From assembly GCF_009914755.1 (NCBI RefSeq), contig NC_060942.1: a stretch of DNA of 64,000 bases, one strand, 5' to 3'. Positions 53,200 to 64,000 of the stretch are shown here, in pieces. The notes beneath the pieces were generated by a model, which saw nothing but the letters and a program-made list of their open reading frames with translations, had not been told where the DNA came from and made no database searches. The stretch comes from the human T2T-CHM13v2.0 reference genome, Homo sapiens. Each line of letters begins with the position of its first letter. Within the stretch, counting starts at the first letter, position 1. The position numbers and the translations under genes are program-made.

Positions 53200-55050
53200 G
53201 CTGTCCTCGCAGTGTTTGGGGTTAGCGGAGGGAGAGCTTGTTTGCGACCAAACTTGCCGCGCGGGGCGGCCGCTTGCAGGAACACTGCGGCCTTGTGCGC
53301 TCGGCGGTCTGAGCTCCTGCGAGGCCGAGAACGACGCCTAGCGCCCAGCGGCCTCCGCGAACAAAAAGCGACCGGTCGGAAGGTGCTGGCCCAGCCGCCC
53401 CTGGCGCTCGAGCCCGAATCCGGCCACAGACCATGAAGGGACGCCCGGCACCACGTGCGCGGGGATCCGCGGACGGGACGCTCCCCGGCACCTCCGGGGC
53501 TGGGCCGGCACCGCACGGTCCCACCCAGACAGTAGCTGCCCCGGGCCCCCAAAACAGCCGCTCCTAGCTCCTCCCTCCCAGCTCTGCGGTGGCCCAAGCC
53601 GCCCTCCGCGCGCTTGACCCAGAACAGTACGGAGTTCTGCACGAGCCGGGGGTGGGGCCTGTCTCAGCGCGCGGCGGTGGGGCGGGGCTTGGACACGGGC
53701 CCGGCTCAACTTGAGGGAGGCGGGGCTCGAGGCTCAGAGGAGTTGGAGCCCGCTCTGCGCGCTGCGGGACGGGGCACGGCGGAGCAGGGTTGGGTCCGCC
53801 TCGAGCGGGGAGGGTGATGCTGCACCACAGGGGCGGGGCTGGAGGTAAAGCGCGGAGCGGAGAGGGACCAGGCTCGGCACTGATTTGTGTTCAGGGCTAG
53901 CCCAGAGGGGCGGGGCCAGGTACGGGGCGCAGCCGGGAGCGGGAGGGGCGGTGCAGGACGGGGCCGGGCACGGCGCGGGAAGAGGCCAGGAGCAGCAACG
54001 GGTGCGGGGCGGGGCCGGGAGCGTCAAGGGGCGGGGAAGAGGGGGGAATGGGCGGGGCCGAGCTCTGCGAGGGGCGAGGTGGGGAATGCAGAGCGGGGCC
54101 GGACGCGGGAGCAGGGAGCTGGGCGGGGAGCGGGGCGGGGAGCTGGGCTGGGCTCGGCACGGGGCGGGGCGGAGGGTGGGGAGCGGAAAGCAGGACGCAC
54201 GGCTCCCGCGGCCCGCTGGCTGCCCTTCCCGCCAGCGCAGGTGTGGGACGGGCGGCGGACTAGGCACAGAGCTGCGGGAGCAGGCACAGGGAGTGTGGAG
54301 CCTGGCGGCGGGACGGCGGGATCCGGTGGGAGCCGGAGTCCCGCCGAGGGGGGCTGGAGGTGGAGGGGCCCGGCGAGGCCGCGATGAAGCCGAGCGGCGA
54401 GGACCAGGCGGCGCTGGCGGCCGGCCCCTGGGAGGAGTGCTTCCAGGCGGCCGTGCAGCTGGCGCTGCGGGCAGGACAGGTGAGCGCCACGGCTGGGCTC
54501 GGAAGTCCGGGCGGAGCAGAAGCGCGTGGGCCTTGGGAGCCGCCTGGAGTGGCGGGGTCCTGGCGCGCAGCCGGCGGGCGCCCAGGGTCCGCACCCGAGG
54601 GCGCGGGGCGCGGAGCGGTGAAAGGAGCCTTTGTGCTGGTGTCCTGGACACACCTCCCGCGCCCTTCTCCAACTCCCGGAGCCCTGGCGGCGAGCCCCTC
54701 TGCTTTGGAGTTCAGCGGCTAACGTGACCTTTGCGTTTGAGTGAGTGGTCAGAATGTAGAAATCTCTCCAGGGGTAGCGTACGGGGCTGTTGATTTTTAA
54801 GGACCTATGAACGGATTCAGCTCGCGGTAGGAAGCCCGGGGCTAAGCCCCAGCCGCGTGGGGATCTGGCTGGGCTGCCGTTTGATTGTCCTGGCTGCAGC
54901 ATCCTCAACCCAAACTTACTCTGACCCACACCCTGAAAGTGGCTCAGCTCCGCGACGGCCACGGACTCAGAGTTCAGGAGGAACTTGTTACACTGCCCGG
55001 AAGGATGAAAACCGAGCCGCAGAGCTACCGAAAACCAGCGAGCAGAGTTT
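53200..55050. promoter_or_regulatory. IMPA2: IMPA2 CpG-island promoter with many GC boxes and G-runs
   Basis: Very high GC and CpG density; repeated GGGGCGGGG motifs at 53680-54180; surrounds exon 1. Confidence 0.92.
54384..54479 (+). CDS. IMPA2: IMPA2 first coding exon (32 codons, [32 protein letters not shown]); intron 1 follows to the window end
   Basis: Peptide matches the recalled N-terminus of human inositol monophosphatase 2. Context gccgcgATG at 54384; phase-0 donor CAG|GTGAGC at 54480; lies inside a CpG island. Confidence 0.96.
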
Positions 55051-55226
55051 AAAATGGAGTGCAGTTCCTCTCTTCTCTTTTTCATTTTTGTGATTGTTCC
55101 TTCCACTTTCCTCAGTACCTTTAGCAGTGCCTGACACACCGACGGTAGTGGTAGGCAAGCGAGTGTTGGTTCTCCCAGGACTGTAAGATGGCTTACTCCA
55201 TGTTTGTCTCTTAGGATGTGATTGTG

Positions 55227-55543
<317 letters not shown>

Positions 55544-57194
55544 TTAGAGACAGGAGGTGTGCTGAGAGCAGATTGGCCTTTTATATTCAAACATTTGTTT
55601 TCTTTTTTGAGGTCTGACAGTCCGAAAATGCTCTACCAGTTTCCCTAGATGTTGAAATCGGACTGTTATCAATCTTAAATTTGAAGTGAGTCGTCATAAA
55701 GTGGATAGTGCTTTACCTTGGTGCAAATCCTCTAATCCTGTTTAAAAATTAATCTGCAATACTAAGTAGACTCATTTTTTGTTGAAGGGCCTTCCTTCCC
55801 TTTGTAGTTTGAAGAACCCAAGCCTCAGACCGTAAAGAATGAATGAATTTAAGAGTGTTGCGAAACTCCACCCTTTGACCTTTCCCTCCTGTAGGAAAAG
55901 GAGGACCCTAAACCTTCCTGCAAGGCAGATGAAGCTTGTAGCTTCAGTGCAAGCGTTCTTCCTGGAAAGCAGAGCTGCTGTGTGCATGGAACACGGGTTC
56001 TCCTTCCATCCTTCCCTGCCTCCCAGCTTTCCTTCCAGAGCAAGCATCAGCCAGATATTTAGGAACTTTTAGGTTCTACTGTAAAACTTTTCTTCCTTGA
56101 GGCAGTGAAAAGCCAGCTTAGGATTCAGACATTGCTGTGTAAACCCTGGCGAGCTAAGTTAGGAGTTTCTGTGGTTTTCAAATTTAGATCCTTGAAGAAA
56201 CAGAAGATTTTAAAATTTTATGTTATTATTTAACAAATGTGCATAAAGAGCTTGCAATAGAGCAGGAACAGTTCTAAGGCTCCTATGACTTTTAACTTAA
56301 GAGATATTTTATGTTTTTGCAACTTGCCAGCAACAAAAAAAGCTTTTTTTAAACGCTGGAGAGGGTTGCAATAAAGATGCTGCCATTAGGAGTCCGGTCA
56401 GGAAGCCCGGGCCGCCCGGGGCTCCCCCTCAGGCATTATGCTGATGCTTCCTGCCTGCCGGGCAGTGCTGAGGGAATGGCCTGAAGGTCTGCTGCTGGGA
56501 CAAACAGAAGCCACACGAGGTCATCGGAACCTGTGTAAAGAGGGACAGATTGTCTTCTAATGCAATCGGGGGCTGACTGGAGAAAACATATCCTTTAGCC
56601 AGATGACCTGGTTCGGGGTGTAAAGGTCGTGAGTGGTGATCCTTTTGGAGTTCTCCTTAGTGAAGAGCATGTTGGCAAAGTCGCAGGGCCCCCAGATGCT
56701 CACCCTTCACTAGCACCCAGCATTCTACCACTCTGTTGTTCGCTGCTCTCAGCTGCCCCTGAGATGGAGTCTGTGTTCTAGATGCGGAAAGGTGAGGGAG
56801 CCGAAGGAGAGACCTTCCAAGAGATAAAGGTGCACTGTCCTTTCTCTCTTAGACTGGTTCCGCTCAAGGTGGCCCTGGAGAAACTGCTTCCATTTCCCCT
56901 CTGCCCCAGTTCTGGCAGGCTTCCCTGTCCCAGGCTCCCAATTCCCTCACCTGCCCCCTCCATGCTTCTGTGCCACTCTTCCTTCCGTGACCGTGGGGAT
57001 CATCCCTGCCCTCCTAGTTCCAGCCACCGACACTGTGACGGGAGCCTCCTCCCTGGCTGTTGGGCTTTTGGGGAGGGAGTGACCACAGCCCCACCCCAAG
57101 TACAGATGACAGTATTCACTGATGTGGATGGTTGTCATCTTTTGTGTGATGTGTGAACAGAAGTATTGTAGACAGCTCTGCCTTTCAAATCCCC

Positions 57195-58791
<1,597 letters not shown>

Positions 58792-59449
58792 TTTACTTGT
58801 AACAAAATCTCAGGACAAAGCAGAAAAAGAAAAACCCAGCACTGACCTCAGGACCGCAGACTTCCCCCTTCTCTAGTTGGCCTTGCACACCCTTGCAGGT
58901 TATGCTTCCCGAGGCCCGGCCTTGCGAAGTGAGCCTGTCGTCCCCTTGTCCGGCCAGATCTGGTCGCTCTGCTTGGTGTTTGCAAAACACATGTTGTATT
59001 TTCTTGCCTTTCTTCTGGCCTATGGAGTATGCAAACCATTGCCTGTCTCCAGAGCCCGGCTCCTGAGCCCCTTCCTTCATGGACCGCTTCTCAGGTGGCC
59101 TTCCCTGTCTTTCCAGTGCCCCACCTGGTCCTGCTGAGCTGGCACTCCTCATGACTTTATTTATCCTTGCCTGGTGGTGTGCCCTCCACACAGTGGGTCC
59201 TTGGAATATGAATACTCTTTTGTCTACCTCTGGCTCTTCAGGGCAGAAGGCACATTGGTGGGCTCTGGACCCGTGTCCCCACTTGTCCATCTGGCTTTAC
59301 CAACACAGTATTGTTTTGATTTGTGATTTTCCTTTTTGCTGGTTATTCACACCGGGAATTTAATGAGTGACGTAACACTGAAAGCACATGATGAAGAACA
59401 GCAGCACCTGGCCCACACTCCTCACCCCTTGTCCTGTGTCCGGAGTCCC

Positions 59450-61060
<1,611 letters not shown>

Positions 61061-61114
61061 TGGTAATAACACATTGATTATAAATTTATTCATCCAACAA
61101 AGAATCATTAACAA

Positions 61115-61850
61115 CTCAGGAAAGGACTTTAGCCTTTTTACTCTGAATGTGAGGGGAGGTTTGGGGCAGAGTCTTGTGTGGGGCTTTATAGGACTCTATA
61201 TAGGGGACCACCCTGGCTGCTGCATGAGGTCCTTTGTGGGACACTAGGGAGACCAGAATCAGGTATCTGATAGGAAGCCACGTGAGAAATGAGGGTGGAT
61301 TTGACTGGGGTGCATGAAGAAGGTGGTGAAGAAGATTTACTTTGGAGGCTGAGATGACAGCCTCTGAGTTGGATGTGGGGTGTGAGAGAAAGAGAGGAGC
61401 CAAGGGTGACTTCAGGGGTTTAGGCCTGAAAAGCTGGTTGAATGGATTTGCCACTTTCCGAGATGGCAAAACTGCAGGAGGAACAGGTTTGGAGCTGAGA
61501 GTCGAGTGTTCTCTTCTGTGCAGGTTAAGCTCGAATTGCCAGTAGATTTCTTATTTTATTTTTTTGAGACAGGGTATCGCTTTGTTTCCCTGGCTGGAGT
61601 GCAGTGGTGCAATCACAGCTTCTACCTCCTGGGCTCAAGTGATTCTCCCACCTCAGCCTCCTGAGTAGCTGGGACTACAGGCATGTGTCACCATGCCTGG
61701 ATAATATGTATTTTTTAATTTTTTGTACAGACGGGGTTTCACTAAGTGGAGATGTTGGATTTGCACCCAAGCTGACGGCAGAGATGCAGTGTGGAAGTCA
61801 TATTCCTGGAGATGGTATTTAGGGCCATGTCCCGGACAGGAGGAGAGCAG
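61115..61850 (-). mobile_element. L2 fragment with a partial Alu
   Basis: ttggatgtggggtgtgagagaaagagaggagccaagggtgacttcaggggtttaggcctga. Confidence 0.7.
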
Positions 61851-63524
61851 GCTTGGCCACTGATGGGCTTTGCCGTCGGATGAGCTCAGGTCAGGCTCCC
61901 ATTTTCCTCCTTGGGAGCCTCACAAATGCCAGTTTGTGGAGGTCATTTCTGAAGTGGTTCATTTCTCCAGAAAAGGCTTCCCTGCTCTTCCTGCCTGGGC
62001 TGAGCGCACCTGTCGCTGGAGGAAGAGGAGGCAGGAGGGGGAGAGGAGGCGGTGGTGATGGCCTCCAGCTCCTGCCTCGCCTGGTCCACACCTGCAGTGT
62101 TTGCTTAGCTCTGCAGGGTGGGGTCAGCCTACGTGAGAAATTCGAAAACTCAACAACATTTCAAACATCAGCAGAGACAGAATTCCTGTGAGACAGCAGC
62201 TGGCAGGCACAGAGTAGCAGCTGTCCCTTTGGTGGGGTGGGGGTCGGTACATGGTCTCCAAGGGTCCGAGGCCCACTGCTCCTGACCCTATCTGAGAGGT
62301 CCCTATCATTTCCTACCCATTTTGCTAACAAAAGCTGTCTCAGAAGAAGGGGGAGGGCAGAAGGCACTGCCCTTGCCTCTGGGCAGCCTCATCCCAGCCC
62401 TTGGCACTCCAGGGTGCCAGTGAGGTCCCACCTGTGCCCCCTTAAGGAGAGGCTGGTAGATGGCTCATCCCCACGGGGAGAGTGAGTCCTGGACTCTGTG
62501 GCCCTGAGCTTGTCACTTGCTCACCCCAATGAAGCGCTGCCCAGGGGAGATTACTGTCTTTGGAGTTTGGGGCAGGAGGGTGGGTGAAATCACTCAGCCA
62601 GAGGATGGAGAGGCTGCTAGTGAGATACAGGCCCCCTCCTCGAGCTTTAGGGGTGGAGGAAGGCAGGAGCTCAAAGGCATGGGGAGCTGAGACATTGAGA
62701 AGGAGAGGGGAGTTCCGGAGTCTAGGCCCCTCCCTCTCTCCTGGCCTCCTCCTGGGCCCAGTGGAGACAGGAGCCTGGAGCCTGGTTTGCGTCTTCTCTC
62801 TTCTGTGGGAGTGAGGGAAGGCTTTGGTCTCTAGGCTGAGCCAGTCTCAGGATCCTGTGTCCGTTGTCCCAGCTCTGCCCTAGCCTGCCATGAGCGCTGC
62901 AGGAGGCCTTCTGCAGGCTGGCGCCCTGCCCCTGGGCTCACCTTTCATGTGAGAGATGGAGGAGGTGCAGACCTGGCCAGTCACTGCAGTGTGCAGGCGG
63001 ACTGGGAGGCCATCCCAGCACCTGGGATGTGGACAGCTTCCTGGAAGAAGTCACAGCTGAGTGTGTCTTTAGAAAAAAAGCAGGAGTCAGCTAGGAAGGT
63101 TAGGTGATGGGCTTGGGGAGGGGAGAGAGAAGAGGAGGGGTCGGGGCCAATAGAGAAGATGAAAGCAGAAGGGGCAAAAGAGAACATAGCACCAAGGACC
63201 TCCAAGAAATGCACTTTGGCTAAAGTTTGAGGTGGGAGAGGTCAGGACTTGGGGGCCCCGTGTGGAGGGCAGAATTGCAGGTGGGTGTCCTGCTCGAACT
63301 GATGGGGTGTGGCCCTTGGGGGCTGTGAGTTGGGGTGGACTTGATGAGTCGTACATTGAAGGAGACATAGGAATAAAGGACTTCTGGGTTTCTGGCTCAT
63401 GCAGCTGGCTGGCTCTCATTGCTTTTGAGAGAAATGTGAGCTGGAGAGGGATTAGGAAGTAATCAATTGTGACGGCTCCAGCCGTGGGGTCGGCTCTGTT
63501 TAGCGATGGTGGACTTGGACTGTG

Positions 63525-63715
63525 GTGCTGGGAACCCCTTCCCTATACCTTACAGCTGCAGGGCCTTGGGCAACTTTCTCCATTTCTTTTTGCCTCCGTT
63601 TCCTCATCTTTAACGTGGAGAATAATTTTTGCTGTCCTCAGAGTTACTGTGTGGAATAAATGTACATGTGAACTGCTCAGAACAGCACGGGGCAGAAGAA
63701 GCGCTCTGTAAGCTT
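63525..63715 (+). mobile_element. MIR
   Basis: ggccttgggcaactttct...tgcctccgtttcctcatctttaacgtggagaataat...gagttactgtgtggaataaatg. Confidence 0.7.
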
Positions 63716-64000
63716 GAGCTCAGGCCGTGGAGCTGGGCAGGGTGTGAGGTGGAGGCCATCTCCAGGAAGCTCAGCTGCTGAAGGCAGGTCCGAGGGCTTG
63801 CAAACACCCACTTTCAAGGAATAGTGGGAGGGAGATGAGCCGCAGAATGGTGGGGAGATAGGAGGAAAGCCACGAGGGGAGGCAGGGGCCACAGGCCACG
63901 GGCCCTGGAACACAGGGAATGCAGCTGGGATGTGGGTGACGGGTGGCTGCTGGCATTGGTATGGAAGGTGCCAGTGCCTTGTCAGGGCGGAGGGCGACTA

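Noticed and set aside
53734-55139. Long ORFs (312, 280 and 371 aa) over the IMPA2 promoter
   Set aside because: Stop-poor GC-rich CpG-island sequence giving low-complexity Pro/Arg/Gly peptides. Only 54384-54479 is a recognisable coding exon.

Overview
Hominid (human or great-ape) genomic DNA, very Alu-dense, with no prokaryotic features. The only intact gene I recognise is IMPA2 (inositol monophosphatase 2): CpG-island promoter at ~53.2-55.0 kb, first coding exon 54384-54479 (+), intron 1 running to the window end. Upstream lie a processed RPS20 pseudogene split by two Alus, several solo LTRs (MER21, LTR8-like, MER41A, MER50, MER61, LTR33/LTR47, LTR10), MLT1, L1, L2, L3 and DNA-transposon fragments, and a full-length SVA carrying an apparent 3' transduction. 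The most interesting signal is in the short unique islands between repeats. They hold chains of exon-like segments with canonical splice sites, compatible intron phases and decayed reading frames whose stops are mostly C>T-type. Two chains diverge from an orphan CpG-rich promoter at ~45.1-45.6 kb (minus strand 44.6->36.0 kb; plus strand 47.1->52.2 kb). Two more lie at 4.5-11.2 kb and 21.7-22.95 kb (+). One exon appears flipped by a micro-inversion flanked by inverted duplications. I read these as remnants of one or more ancient, unprocessed (possibly unitary) pseudogenes. I could not identify the protein family, frames are partly ambiguous, and this needs comparative-genomic confirmation. Repeat family names come from recalled consensus sequences and repeat boundaries are approximate.
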